From: Monocercomonoides exilis PA203
Taxonomy: Eukaryota > Protista > Preaxostyla
Reading direction: 5' to 3'
DNA length: 64,000 bases
Assembly: GCA_001643675.2 (NCBI GenBank)
Contig: LSRY02000016.1
Coordinates: 248,001 to 312,000 of the forward strand
Below, piece after piece: positions 1 to 14,000 of the stretch; position 1 is the stretch's first letter, and the number at the start of each line of letters is the position of its first letter. The position numbers and the translations under genes were made by a program. The notes under the pieces are model-generated. The model was not told the origin of the DNA, searched no databases, and saw only the letters and a program-made list of their open reading frames with translations.

Positions 1-3000
1 AGGAGAGCCTGACACATATGCTTCCGAAGGCGAACGAGTATCCTGAAGAGAAGTATGTGGCGAATTCGAGTTTTCGCTGCCAATGTCACTGTGGAAGCTG
101 ACAGGGGCGGTTGCTGATGGAGGAATGCAGAAGGCAGCTGCTTGTACTGTTGGTGTGTACTCATCCTGCTTTGAGTAGTATTGGTCACCAGGAGAATATA
201 GAATGTTGCGAGAAGGAGCAGATGCATTGGCATTTCTGTTGAAAGCTCTTTTTTGCTCTTCAATCACACGCAGCATTTCTGACTCTGTCACAAAATTGAC
301 ATAGCTGAGTGGCACAGACGCGTCAAATGATGAATGAATGGAGAGTAGATCTTCATACTCCATTGGCTGATCTTTGAAGGCAGCGGCAGCATTGTCATAT
401 GGAGTCTCAACACCAAACTCATCTTCCTTTTCAATGCCACTCCTTATTCCTGATGTCGGCTGCTCTGCTTCTGGCATCATAAATCCCTGCGTTATGTTAC
501 TCTCATCAGGTTTCTCGACCACTTCGTGTGTCTGCTCAATCTTTGGCTCTGCTTTCCCTTTCCCTTTTGCCTTTTCCTGAGTCTCCGTGCCAGCGGAATC
601 ATTCAAATTGCTTTCATCCACAGCTTCTCCTGAATGTGTCTCTTTCTTTGCGATCTGTTGATCGTTGTTCTGAGGTATTTCTCCTTCTCCACTGGCAAAG
701 TTGTCTGCTCCAATGTAGTCCTTGCTCTGCACAGTCATCCGATCCACGCTGCCTCCCTGCTGATACGACGTATTCTGCTCGTTCAGCTGCTTGTTGTAGA
801 GCGATGCCAGCGAAAGAGAGTATCTCAGGATGAGAAACAGATCATCCTGGTTGATGGCTACCAGCGGCTGCGAGAAGAACTCCGGTGCAGACGCAAACAG
901 CTGCGTCGTCTGCGGCACGCCAAACGAGAAGAACGACAGGCGATTCAAAAGTGGCGGGAGAAACGTGCCGTTCTGCTGAGAACCTGCGCCTTCTGGTGAG
1001 TCCTTTCGGTCTCCGTGCAATTGTCGGGTGTTGCGCGACATGTCCACAAAGAGTGAGCTGATTGATGACTGTCTTTCTCTCTCTTCTGCCAGCCCATAAT
1101 ACGTGGCTGTATTGCCTGCCATGTAATTGTGCGTATCATTTGCATAGTCCACATATCCTCCATAATCAGACAGATCATCTTCGCTCCCAAAGTCATCGCC
1201 TTCTTTCTCGTTTCCGCTTCTTGTTTTTCCTTTCTCTTTGTGTCTTCTGCTTTCGTCAAGTGACTTCGTTGCATTGTCCTCGCTCTCTCTGTTTGACTCA
1301 CAGTCCGTATATGACTTCAACAGGAATCCTTTACCTGATTTGTGCCTCGTTTTCCTCTTTGGTTCTTCCGCAGGTGGAGGTGATGTTGAGGAAGAGAGGC
1401 GCTGTGATCTGTGCATTCTGGATGAGTGTGGATGGGTTGAGATGTCTGCAACACTTTGTGTCGAACGGCCTGTGCGAGAAGACCGATGGAGAGAGTGTTT
1501 GAGCTTGTTGGAGTGGGAAGAGGGGCTGGCGGGTGTGGTGACGACTGACAGGGCAGATAAAGCAGTGAGAGCAGTCATGGTGGGAGAAGGAGGCGCCTGA
1601 GAAGCAGAGTGTGACGCAACAGAGACTGAGGCTGACGCTGAAGCAGAAGCAGATGCTGATGCTGAGGCAGAGACTGATGCTGATGTAGTGGATGAGGAAG
1701 AAGAAGAAGAAGAAGAAGAAGAAGAAGAAGAAGAAGAAGAAGAAGAAGAAGAAGAAGAAGACGAGGAGGAGGAACTTGATAACAACGAAGAGGAAGAAGA
1801 AGAAGAAGATGATGATGAAGATAGCACCGATGACGAATAGGAAGAAGAGGAAGAAGAAGTTGACTGTGAAGAAGGTGAAATTGCAGGCGGAGGAGAATTC
1901 GAGTTGGAACGATAAACTTTTGAAGGAGCAGCTACATTTAATGAGGAAGATGAAGACAAAGCAGCACTTTCGCTCTTTCTCTGAGCATCGACCGAGTCTT
2001 TCATCGATCCCTTCTCGTCTTTGAGTGAAATGCCATCAGAAGACGAGTCACTTTCATCGTCTGCATATTCTTCTTCTTCCTGTTCGCTTCTGCTGGAGCT
2101 GCTTCTGCTGGAGCTGCTTCTGCTGCTGTTGGTGTTTGTGTTTGTGTTCTCTTCGCTCTCATCGCTCAACAAAGACAGTGTGCTTTGATCAGAAAACCAC
2201 TTTGATTGGGTTTGTGTGAACGCTTTTTGAGTGAATTCCTTCGAGTTTGTGTTGAGTGGCTGTGATGGGATGACAAATTGCTCGTTTGCAGTCGCTTTTT
2301 GTGGCTGGCTGGCGATTGGCGCAGAAAGACAGAGCTTGGTGAAGGAGAAAGTGGATGAAGGAGACATCGAAGATGAAGTATAAGACATCTGTGAAATGGA
2401 TGATGAAGAGGAAGATGAGGAAGAAGATGATAATTTAGATGGAGATGATGAAGAAGTGGTGGGAGAAGAAGAAGGAGAAGAGGAAGAGGAAGAGGATGGA
2501 ATCGATGCTGCAGAAGGAGAAGAAGTGATTGTCAAATAAGGTCCAGCTGGAGGAGACAGACTGGGTGATCCCGAGTGCTCAGAAAGATGAGCAGCAGCAT
2601 TTGGCGAAAGAGGCGAGGCAGAAAAAGCAGACGAAATGGAGTTTGGCTCAGCCAGCGAAAAGGCCATGCCAAACGGGCTGATCTGCGCGGAGTCGTTGTT
2701 CGAGGCGTTGAGAGAGGCATTGAGAGAAGCTGAGGAGCTCCTTTGAGCAAACATGGAGAAGCTCTGGTAACCGTCTGCAGCGGGCGTGTGGGAGGCAGAG
2801 GAAAGAGAGGGAGATGTGTTCTCTTCGAAGCTGGTGCTGTTTGAGGAAGGAGAAGTGAGTGGGGCAGGGAAAGGGGCAGAGTCTGGCTGGGCGGAAGAGG
2901 AAGGTGTAGATGATGGAGAAGAGGAGGAAGAGGATGATGATGAAGAGGGAGAGGAGGAAGAGGAAGAGGGAGAGGAAGAAGAGGAAGGAGAAGGAGAAGA

Positions 3001-5149
3001 AGTGCTGAGCTGCTGAAACTGACCGATGGAGAGCATTGGAGGAAGTTTTGGAAAGGGAATAGGATTTGTTGAAGTGTGTGGAGGGTAAGGAGAAGGAGTG
3101 AATGAAATATTAGGTTGAAATGCAGATTGTGAGATGAAGGGATAATTGATGGGAGTGGGATGCATTGAAGGAGAGGAAGCACTCATTGCGTGAGGCTGTT
3201 GGGGCTGCAATTGATAATGAGAGTTCTGCTGAGTGTATGGCACTTGCATATAAGGCGATGAAGGATAGAAAGCAGAGGAAGGAGAAGAAGGTGGTTGGGA
3301 TGAAGAGAGATGTGATGAGGAAAGATCTGAAGGCGAAGGCGAAAGAGAAGAGAAAGACAGCCCAGATGTTCTCTGCTGCTGTTGTGTCTGTTGCATCTGT
3401 TGTTGTTGTTGTTGAGAAGAAGAAGAAGAAGGATTCGAAGGATAACTGGATGGATAGGAAAAGACATATGGATTGGAGTATGGATAAGGTGCCTGTGGAG
3501 AAGTCATTCTATTTTTGGATGAGGCATCTGCTGTGAAAGATGAGGGCATTTGCATTGGCTGAGTGGATGAGTAAATTGGCTGAGGCAGGAAACGTTGTGT
3601 TTGGATGTTTTGTGGCTGGAAAGGCTGCCCGCTTTGCTGATAAGGCAGAGAAGAGGATGAAAAAGATGAGTTATAAGAAGAAGATGATGATGATAACGAT
3701 GATGAAGGATAGCGAAGTGGGGTGAGTGATGGGTTTTGAGGGCTATCTGGATATGTGTGTTGAGATTGGGCAAATGGAAAAGGTGGAAATGATGAGTGGC
3801 CAGAAGAAGAGAAAGAGCCCAGCTGTTGGCTCAGCACTGGCTGAAGCACAGGTCTCATCTGGTTCTGCCGAGAAAAGCAAGAATTTGCTCCAGCATTTGC
3901 ACTTGAGCTTGCAGCAGCGTGCATCTCTCTCAGTTTTGGGATTCTGATTGAAGGGTTTGTGAGGACGTTGGTGCAGAAGCAGAAGGTGACGGGGTCTGCT
4001 TTGATTCCTTCCTCAAACAGCTGCAGGGCGCGTTTCACACACAACATCGAATTGTATGTCTCCTTCTCCTCAGGAAACATCACAAAGCCATAATCCTGCA
4101 GCTTCCCGTTTTCGAACGGCAGATAGATGTCTTCGAGTGTCAGATAGAGCCTTTCTCGGGTGCTGGATGAGGAGGAGGAAGAAAAAGAAGAAGACAAATT
4201 AAGAGGAAAAGAATCAGAGGCAGCTGGAGAAGAAGAATGAGTCGATCCAGTTGAACATTGATCCACAATTTCCTTTGAAACATGGAACAGATTTTCCCAT
4301 AAAATCTGCCTAATCTCATTGCTTTTAACGGTGAGTGTATGTGGCTTCTTTATAACAAATACGAGTGTATTTTCACTTATCCCTACATTTGCCCAATGCA
4401 CTGTAAGCGGAATAGTGACTTGAGAATGTGTTACCAAAAGATCGTGGGCTTTCAGCGCTGATGAACGAAGCTCAAACTGATAAAAACACGTTTTGAAGTC
4501 GGTGGACAATGCTATACCAGTCAGTTTTCCATATTCTGATCTGTAATTGTTTATTGTTGAAATAAGTTTAAAAAAGAATAAAATCGTTAACATACTCACA
4601 AATTTGAGCAATTTTATCACAAATTTCGCGATCAAAGTTTCCGCGAACTACAACTGTTTTGTTGCGAAACGCAGGCTGAACTTTATACACTTTGTCCCCA
4701 AGAGTCTGAACAAATAAAAAGAAAAGAGTTCATCAAAATACTTCATTTTTCCATATTTTAGAACATACAACTGACTGTTGTTTGATGAAATGGACTGCTG
4801 TTTCTTCTTTTTTAAAGTAGACAAATATATATCCAGTTAAGGCTTTTGCTCTATTTTGCTTATGGATTCGAGAAATCTCATCAATATCTTTAAAGAATTC
4901 TTGAAGTTCTTCTTGTGTAAGTGACAGAGGTGCTTCTAGAATTTTAATTCCTCCTGAAGTAAAGTGATGTAAATGGAATATAATATATTTTAAAAACTAA
5001 ACAAAACAAAAAAAGAGAAAAAGCAAACGAGGCTCATCGTCAAGCGTTGGAGCATCTAAAAACAGCGATAATACGTTGAATAGCTTCAAGAAAAAATGTT
5101 TATACAAACCTCTGTTTGCGTTTAGGAAATTTTCATTACCAACGTGCAT
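1..5149 (-). CDS. Multi-RRM RNA-binding protein with very long Ser/Pro-rich low-complexity C-terminal region (3' end outside window)
   Basis: Manual splicing of GT-AG exons (about 5149-5110, 5055-5029, 4954-4770, 4705-4597, 4540-<1) gives RGIKILEAPLSLTQEELQEFFKDIDEISRIHKQNRAKALTGYIFVYFKKEETA (RRM with RNP1-like GYIFVYF), a second RRM-like unit (KTVVVRGNFD...YGKLTGIALSTDFKTCFYQFELRSSALKA) and a third (DIYLPFENGKLQDYGFVMF). The frame from 4540 was open at every point checked down to base 1, so the ORF track misses it. Start codon uncertain. Confidence 0.75.
1696..1760 (+). repeat. (GAA)n microsatellite, about 21 units, encoding poly-Ser in the minus-strand gene
   Basis: Perfect gaa run seen directly; reads TCT in the frame of the RRM gene. 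Confidence 0.9.
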
Positions 5150-5409
5150 TTTGAAGATTTCTCCAAGTCTTGTACCATTATACTTTATTTTTCTTAGATT
5201 TTTTGTTTATGAGTATTTCTTAAGTATGTTGAAAATATTGTTAAAAAGTTTATCAAAGTGTTCGCTTCAGAACTTAGAAGCATAAATACAAAGAAAAAAT
5301 GAAATTTTTAAAGTTATTTGATGTGAATGGAGAAGTGAATTTAATAGAAAAAAAAAATCAATTCAAATTCATTTTTCAACATGAAATGATTGCATGTTCA
5401 TCTTAAAAC

Positions 5410-6134
5410 TCAGCTCTCGAGTAATTTTCTATCTTTGGCATCTTCTGCCACAGCTTCTGCAAGATTCATTAAAAACATCAGAAGACTTGGGAAATTCGAG
5501 CGTTGTTGCAAAACATCGATTTTCTGTTCGGAAGCTGCCTTTGCATCCAAACTGGAGCTTTGCAGAGAAGACGAGGAAGGAGTTGTAATTGTGGAAGAGG
5601 AAGAGGAAGAGGAAGAAGAAGAAGAAGAAGATGATGATGAAAGTATTTGATTGAAATAAGGAGACAGAACTGAAAGAAGGTCAGATGAAGTTTGCAATGG
5701 CGCAGAAGAAGAAGAAGAAGGTGTCGATGAAGATGCTGAAGAAGGGCTCTGAATAAGCAGCGAACGCAGATGAGCCGAGTGGGAGTACAATGAATGGGCC
5801 AGAAATGGAAGCTTTCTGAGTGTCCTTCCACTCAATCCCTTGAGAATCAGAGGGAAATTTAAATTATTATGAAATAAAATAGTGAAGCATTTAGTGAAGA
5901 ATAAATAAATTGTAAATTAACAACAAAAAAGATGATTAAAAGTAATGAAAAAGAAGGCAGACATCTGTGTGCTGTGCAATTATCGCCAAAATTAACGAAG
6001 CAAGATTTGTCTCTTCAGAAGAAGATGAAACATTCTCTGATGGAATGACACGTTGTGCTTGAATAAAAGGCAACAGACAAAAAGAAGTATCAGTCGAGGC
6101 AATCTCCATCTGAATTGAAGAGGAAGAAGAAGAA

Positions 6135-6167
<33 letters not shown>

Positions 6168-7893
6168 GCTTTTGGATAGTTCTGAATGACAAGCCCTTTC
6201 CTCACAAGCTCTGCCACACACGAGCTGAGGATGGAGTAGCGCCCAGCTGCTGTTGGCGGGCCGATGTATTGTTTGATGTCTGCTCTGTCGAGAAAGGCAG
6301 AGTCTGTCCATTTTCAATTGAATGATAGAGATTTGAATGGAGTTTTAAGTCGATTATATAAAAGTCATGTGAGGTTAATGTGTTGACAGGATAATCCAAT
6401 CATAGAAAGATTTATAATCACATTGAAAAAAAAGAAGAAGAAATATTATTTTCGTTCAACAGCTTGAAAGCACACCAATCGCCTTTGTGATGTTTGATGT
6501 TGTGAAGATTATCACATTTCGTTTTGTTTTCAGTGCATCTATTTGTGTCAAAAGTGCGTTAACAACCTGAAAGTCATTTAAACAGAATGAAATGAAGAAA
6601 AGGTGTTTGATAGAGCATTCAAGAGTGTCAAAGCAAACAAGAAAGAAAAAAAATGAGTAGAAACGAATGTTAATAGCAATACAAACTCGAATAGCGTCAG
6701 ATGGCTCGCTTCCGCTCATGGCTGACTTTCTTGAGGCAGACAATGATTCAACTTCATCTGATACAAAATTTATTCAATTTGTCAAAAGAAAAAAATGTTC
6801 AATATGAAAGCATCAAAAGGAGAAAATTGTTCAGTTAAAAAAAAAAATTATATCCGCATTCCACAAACCAATCAAAACGGCTACGAAAATCTCTTCTTCT
6901 TCAACCAGCTCTTGAATGTGCTGGAACATCTTCATCACTAACTTTCCACTTTCACTAAACCACTTTGAAAACAACGAATGTGCATTGATCTCCACAAGAA
7001 CACCTCCAGCCGGATATCTGTCATTCAGAAAAAGGAAGCCAATGGTTTGTTCATTATTCAGATTCATTGTTAAGCATGATACAAAAAAATCAAAAAATAG
7101 TCAAATATTCCAAATTGAAGAGCAAAAATCTTTGACTTCATACTCATCTCCAAGGCGAATTGATAATTTGTGCGCTAAAGCACGGCAAAGAGAAGTCTTT
7201 CCTGTACCTGGAGGACCATGAAGCAGTACGAGGCGATTGCATCCGATGATATTTGGATCAACTCCGCGTTCACTGAACAAAAGTGATGTTTGAACAAATG
7301 ACAATAACCTCCCCTTCAATCCTGGCTCATAAATCAAACTGAAACATTAAAATCAATATATAAATAAAGTTAAATTTTACGCGAAATAAAATTCGTACTT
7401 TTCCCAACTTCCTTCTAAGCTTCCATTCGGTAAAACCCATTGAGTGCAACTTGGAGTATCGTCATCAGCTCCTTCAGAGTCCTCGGTTGAGCCACTTTCT
7501 TCACAGCTATAAATCATTACTTTTATATCTGCTTGCCAAAAAGATACAAGTTCAATGCTCCCTTCCCTTTCCTCTATTTAATCACAAAAAGTGAAAATTC
7601 AGAAAGCAAACAAAGAAACAGTAAAAACCTTCATCAATAATAATCACCTTCTCAACATTTTGCTTTAAGAATAAATTGCTACTAAAATCAACAGGTCCAG
7701 TACGCAAAATAGGGCATGTTCGGCTGAACAAATTGATAACCTCTGTTCTAATTTGAGTTCTGCTAACTGATATTCCAGGCTTCAATCGAACTTCCACTGG
7801 TTGAAAGGCAAAGAAAAAAATATATTAATTAAAATAATTTGATATTCTTGATATAATACCTTCGACTGGATAAAGAACACGATTTTTTAACAT
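5410..7893 (-). CDS. PCH2: Pachytene checkpoint AAA+ ATPase PCH2/TRIP13 (multi-exon)
   Basis: Exons give [30 protein letters not shown] (Walker A), [34 protein letters not shown] (Walker B), [31 protein letters not shown] and [15 protein letters not shown], all characteristic of TRIP13/Pch2. ATG at 7893. Confidence 0.95.
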
Positions 7894-8006
7894 AATGAAT
7901 TGATCATATACATTATTTTTTTATAAAAAATCATTTTTCATAATAATTGTTTTCTGCCACTTGCAATTTTTTAAAATCAAAAATTTCGTTTGAAAACAAA
8001 TAACAA
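7894..8006. promoter_or_regulatory. Putative bidirectional promoter between PCH2 and LRR-PP2C (113 bp)
   Basis: Divergent ATGs at 7893 (-) and 8007 (+); AT-rich spacer. Confidence 0.5.
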
Positions 8007-11000
8007 ATGGGGCCAACACAAAGCATCAAGCTTGATGGGCCGACTTTAAACTTTTCAAACAAGAACCTGATGAGTATACCAGAAAACGTACTCACGACTA
8101 AAAAGACAAGTGTCAGGTCCATCATCGTTTCTTCAAACCTTCTTGAGGATCTTCCACGCATAGATGAAGTTTTTCCTAGTGTTCATTCAGTTACCGCTGC
8201 TAAAAATCGCTTTCATGTAATCCCTGCTCATCTAGCAAATCTTGAAGGATTGGACAAGCTTGTATGTTGCAATGTATTTAACTTTAATTTGAAGTTGATT
8301 TGTTTTGTTTGTGCGTGTCAAACGCAATTTATGGCTTTTTTCTGCAGGATTTTTCTGTGAACCATTTGGAAGAGTTGCCTCATGCAGTTTTTAAGAAAGT
8401 GTTGGAACTTCAAATTGGATTAAACAAGATGTCATATTTTACTCATGATTTGGGAGTTACTTTCCCTGCTTTGATGTATCTTAGCTCATCAAAGTCATGG
8501 TTTGAATTGTTATTCTGTGCTCTTTTAAAAAAAATTGTATGTTAAAAATTATTTTTTAGGATGGTAACTCTTCCCCCAATAAATCACCAAAATCTAAAGA
8601 AGATCGATTTTGAAGCAAGCAATCTTCATAAAATAATATATCCAATAACATCTCCTCGGTTGACTCAATTGACTCTAATTACGAATGAATTTGAAGATTT
8701 TGGATTTCCAAAATCTTCTTTTGTGAATTACTTGGAAATTCTTGATTTGAGAATGAATGAAATTCAACATATTTCTCGATATGTGTGCATATTTTATTTG
8801 GTTATCACTTTATATTTTTATTTCGTTTGAAGACATTTAAAATTATGCCAAATGCGAAGCAATTTTATATGCAAGGAAACGAACTGCGTTCTCTTCCTGA
8901 TGACATTGCAATGCTTATTCCCAACATTCTAAGCTTGGAGCTTAAAATTAACAAACTTTCAAAGCTGCCTCGATCAATTTCTTCATTCAAAGTGTGAAAA
9001 GTCAATGTCACTAGAAATATTTTAACTTTTAAATGAGAAAATGATACTCAAATATAAGTTTTTTATTGAACGATGAGCATCATGATTTTAATTTTTCCCG
9101 CTTTTTTTTAAAATTCACAACACATTTCAAATTTATTCACTATATTTTTTTTATCCCATTGAATTATCTGTTATTTAATCCTTCCCTCTCCCACCCCCTC
9201 CCCCTCACCCAGCAAATTAATTCCCTCTCTGCCACCAACAACCTGATTACGCGTGTCCCTCCTCTTATTTTCAACCGCGAGCAGTTCAAAGTGCTGCTCA
9301 CCGACAACTTCCTCACTCGCTTTCCGGACGTTGGCGACACCCTCCCCTTCATCTCCGTCGACCGCAACCGCATCACCGAATTCCCCGACCCTCTTCCGCC
9401 CACCTGGAAAGTGCAGTCCATCCTCATGCGCTTCAACCAGCTTGAGTGTTTTCCTCACTCGCTCGTCGCCACATCCATCTACAACATCCTCCTCGCTGCC
9501 AACCAGATCAGGGAATTAGACCCTGCCGTCTTCCAGATGAAGCACCTGCACACTTTGGATCTCTCCTTCAACTACCTCACCGAAATCCCTGTCTGCATCT
9601 CTGGCCTTGTCGAGCTCTACACCCTCAACTTGGACTTCAACCGCATCGCTGAAGTGCCCTGCTGGGTGTTTGCCCTCCCCAACCTCCGCAAGCTCACTCT
9701 CGAAGGCAACTGCCTCAGCCAGCTCCCGTCCTACAGAGACATCGAGAGCTACTTCTTCGTCCGCCTGCCTGGGCAGAAGCCTGCCATCCGCACTGCTACC
9801 GAGACAGACCCTGGCCCCATCATCCCCGGTGGCCGCCCTTCGTTCGCCTCGCTCGACTCCCTCAAGCTCAACAGCAACAGACTCACCACATTCCCATCCA
9901 TTGTGCTGAAGTTCACTGACCTCCAGACACTGCTTCTAGCACACAACCGCATCAAGACAGTCCCTGACGACCTGTTCCGCATCTGCACCTCACTCCTCCG
10001 CTTGGACCTCTCCTACAACCAGATCTCTTTCCTCTCCCCGCACTTCTTCCCAATGACGATGAAGGCAGTGTATGTGGACTTGTCCCACAACAGACTACGC
10101 TCGGTGCCCTGGCGCGCTCTCCTGCACGACAAGAGACTTCATCCAGAGAACATGGCTAAGCTCGATGGGCCGCGGTGGGTGCTGCCTGACTCTTATCGAG
10201 CAGCTGCTGAGAAGAAAGAGGAGAAGACGCTGAGTGAGATGGCGCTGGAGGAGTATGCGAGGACGCCGGGACATGCACCACACTGCAAGTGCTATCGGTG
10301 TGTGGACATGCCATTCAACAGGAACTCGGCTGAGCTCACGAAGGCGATTGAGAGTGAAGCACACAATAAGAAAAGCAGTAAAAACAACAAGGGAAAAGGG
10401 AAGAGTGGAGAAGAGGCAGATGAGATGGATGAGGATGACCAGTGGATTCTGGATGGCTTCTACAGAGCAACAGACGGGTCAGACGATGAAGGCGAGGGAA
10501 AATCAAGAGCTGTGTGCTTTTCGTGCTTTTGTGTGTTGAGCTCTTCATCGAAGAAGAAGAATAAGAATAAGAAGACGAAGGAGAAATCTTCTTCTTCATC
10601 ATCTTCCTCTTCTTCTTCCTCCTCACAAACATCTAATCGTCCACGTGTGATTGAGATGCAGAGCATGCTGGTGGCACTGAAACAGAGAGAGAAGCTGGAG
10701 ATGAAAGACTACACACCTGACAAGACACAGAATGAAGGAGCATGGCTGATGTATCTGGACATCTCCTTCAACTTCATCGGAGCAACAAAATGGGGCGAAG
10801 AAATGAATGTGTACTTGAGAGGCGCCAACAGAGAAGAACTGGAAAGGATTGTGGGGCAGATTAATGGCAATGATGATGACAGCGATGATGAGAATGGCAA
10901 TGATGATGATGATGATGATGACGGAGAGTCAAGCAAACCTCTTCCAAAGATGGACTTCACCCTCACAGATGAAGAGCCGAAGATTCCAGTGGTGGAAGAG

Positions 11001-14000
11001 AACATGCAGCCAACCCCACTGAAAGATGAAGCAGCATCTTCTTCTGATTCATCATCTTCTTCTTCCTCTTCCTCCTCCTCTTCTTCTTCTTCTGCCCTTT
11101 CAACTCCCACAAAAACGCCTGCTTCCACAGCATCTTCCACTCCAATCACAAAAACACAGTCCCAATCGTCTCTTGCTCTTCTCCAGCAGAATATTCTGGC
11201 TGATCTCCACAGCAGACAAAACACTCCTTCCTCTCTTTCTTCTTCTCTTTCTGTCTCTCTCCTCCCTTCCTCCTCCTCTTTCTCTCTCCTCTCCCGCTCT
11301 GCCTCTTCATTCTCTTCCTCCTCTTCCTTCTCCCCCTTCTCCCCCTTCTCCCCCTTCTCCTCTGCCTCTTCCCTCCGCTCCCGCTCCCTCGCCCTTCGCA
11401 TCCCCTTCACCCGCCGCAGCGCAGGCGAGCTGGCTGAAGCACGCCGGCTGTTCCTCGTTCATCAGCCCAGCAAAGTCATCCAAGAGCGTCTGAAGCGCCT
11501 GGAGCCGAAATTCTTCTCTTTCTTGAGGGGATCCCAGACATACTACAACATGGTGTTCATGGGGTATGTCTCGAGACACCCTGTCTTCATCCGCAACGTC
11601 GGCTGCTCGTTCATCCCGCTCAACGGAGCGCCATGGCTCGTCCACACGCCGCTGATGCTGTTTGAGGCAGAGCTGGCGAGGAAAGTGAAGATTAGAAAGG
11701 AGATTGTGCTGAGGAACAAGATATTGGCAAAGAGGCTGAAACCGTCTGATGCGCAGTACAACCAGAGGCAGCTGCTGATGCTGCTGAAAAGGACAGACGA
11801 GAAGATTTCTGTGCCAAATTGCTACGAAAGAGCACTCGACGCCTCGTTTCTGCCACTCGCAGAGGGAGACAATCCAATGCCATATGCTTCAATTGCTGGT
11901 GGGAGTGCTGCTCAGTCTTCTTCTTTGGCTTCTTCTTCCTCCTCCTCATCTTCTTCTTCTTCTCTTCTTCCTCTCTCAATGTCCCTCTCCTCGTCCATGT
12001 CTTCTCTCTCTCTCTTCCCCAGTCCTCTCCCAGAAACTGAGCTTATTCATCAGATAGGCACAGGAATGGCTGACCGATATGAAGAAGACCAGGCGTGGTT
12101 CGAGTGGACGAAGTATTCGATGGGCGAAGAGAAAGAGCAGAGCAAGGAGCAGAGCAAGAAAGAGGCAGAGGAAGACGGGTTTGAGATCATGGATGCAGAC
12201 GAGACGGCAGAAAAGACAGAAGAAGAGAAGAAGAAAGAAGAGTACTTGGCGAAGAAGAAAGAGCCGTTCAAGCAGCGTGTGCCTTTGGTGGAGGGGATGT
12301 TGGAGGGCATCCCAAAGGAAGCGCTTTGTCCGAAGTGCTTTCCGCCGACGATGAATCCATTTTTGTCGGTGAACGAGCAGGATGATGTGGTGAGGCAGAA
12401 GAAGAAGGAGAAAGAGGAGGAGAAGGAGAAGAAGAAGCTGAAGAAGTCGAAGAAGGGGAAGAAGGAGAAAGACAAAGACAAAGACAAAAGCGAAAAGAAG
12501 AAGAAGAAGAATAAAAAGAACAAGAAGAAAAAGCAAGGAAATGGCGATGATTCAGATTCCTCTCCTTCGTCCTCAGGCGAAGAAGAGGAAGACAACGAAG
12601 AAGAACTGTCACCACTTGAACCTTCGCCCGTAGACACACCAGACGGGATGAATTCTCCACCAATGCCAATGTCCACACCTGGAATTGATGAAGACGCTCT
12701 CCTTTCTGCTTTTGACCCGCCTTCTTCTGCTGACTCTTCTTCTTCTTCTTCTGATTCTCCTGTGCCTCCAATTCCTTCTTCAGATGAAAAGAACGATGAA
12801 GAAAACGACAAATTTGCTGAAGAAGACATCTTCGACCCACCTGCCCCTCTTCCTTCTCCTTCTCCAGACTCTTCAGACTCTTCAGACTCACCAAGCATCC
12901 TCCCTCTCTCTCCTGAGGCTCCTGCCCTTGTCCCTCTTTCTCCTCCTCTTGTTCCTCTCTCTCCTCCCCTCGTCCCCTTATCCCCGCCCCTCTCCTCTCC
13001 CAAATCTCCTCCTCTGTCTTCCCCTCTCCTCACTCCTCTTTCTCCTCCCCTTGTCTCTCCCTCCATCGCTGACACTGATGCCTTCCCTGATGTACTCGAT
13101 GAACCTCCTCCTCCACTCGACGAGCCTTACACCCCGCCCCTCGGCCCCATCCTCTCGCCTTCTCTGCTCGAACTGCCTGAGCCCCCGCCCATTCCAGAGG
13201 AGATTGAGATCAACTTCGACATGCTGGATGAACTGGAGGAGGAAGAAGAAGGAGGAGGAGGAGGAGTGCCGAAGCTGCCTACACCTCCACCTCCGATGCT
13301 GAGTGACAGCTTTGATTCGCTTCCTGACCCAGCAGCTGCTTCTCTTCCAAGGCCATTTCCGTTGGGCGATGTGAAGGAGAGTGTGAAAGTGAAGCCGAAT
13401 GAGAATGTGGAGACACCAGAAGAGGTGCAGAGCAGGATGGAGCAGATGATCATAGGCAGCCAGTCATCTTCGGGCCTTCTGCCTCATCTGACTGCACCCA
13501 CTGCCCAAATGGCCTCTCAGTCAAATTCCCAAGCAAACATCGAAAGCATTCCGAAGTATGTTGTCCCAGCACATCCATATCCCATCCCGAAAGTCAAGCC
13601 CATCGAGATCCCAGCTGCCCCTTCATTCACAACTGATCCTGTTCCCCCGACCTCTCCTCCTCCTGTGCACCCCTCACTCGCCATCCACAACGTGGCGTGT
13701 TGCGAAACAAACGGCACCCGCCCTTCGATGGAAGACGCGGTTCTGCTGGTGCCTGTGGGCGGGTGGGACATCGAGGCGCTGATCTGCGACGGAGAAATAG
13801 GAATTCTCCGGAGAATTCTGAGGTACCCGCAGGAGCTGCGGATGACGGTGGAAGGGATGCGGGCGATGAATGCGCGCGAGCAGAGCATCTGGAAGAAGCG
13901 GATGAGAGAGGCAATGAAGGAAAAGGCAACAGAACTGGCTGCGGCAGAGGTCGCTGCCCAGAGCGGGTTTGCGGGTGTAACTGCCCTTCTTGGCTCGTCT

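Noticed and set aside
374-3947. Many short ORFs including poly-Lys ORF 1692-2024
   Set aside because: Alternate-frame or antisense readings of the long minus-strand RRM gene and its microsatellites.
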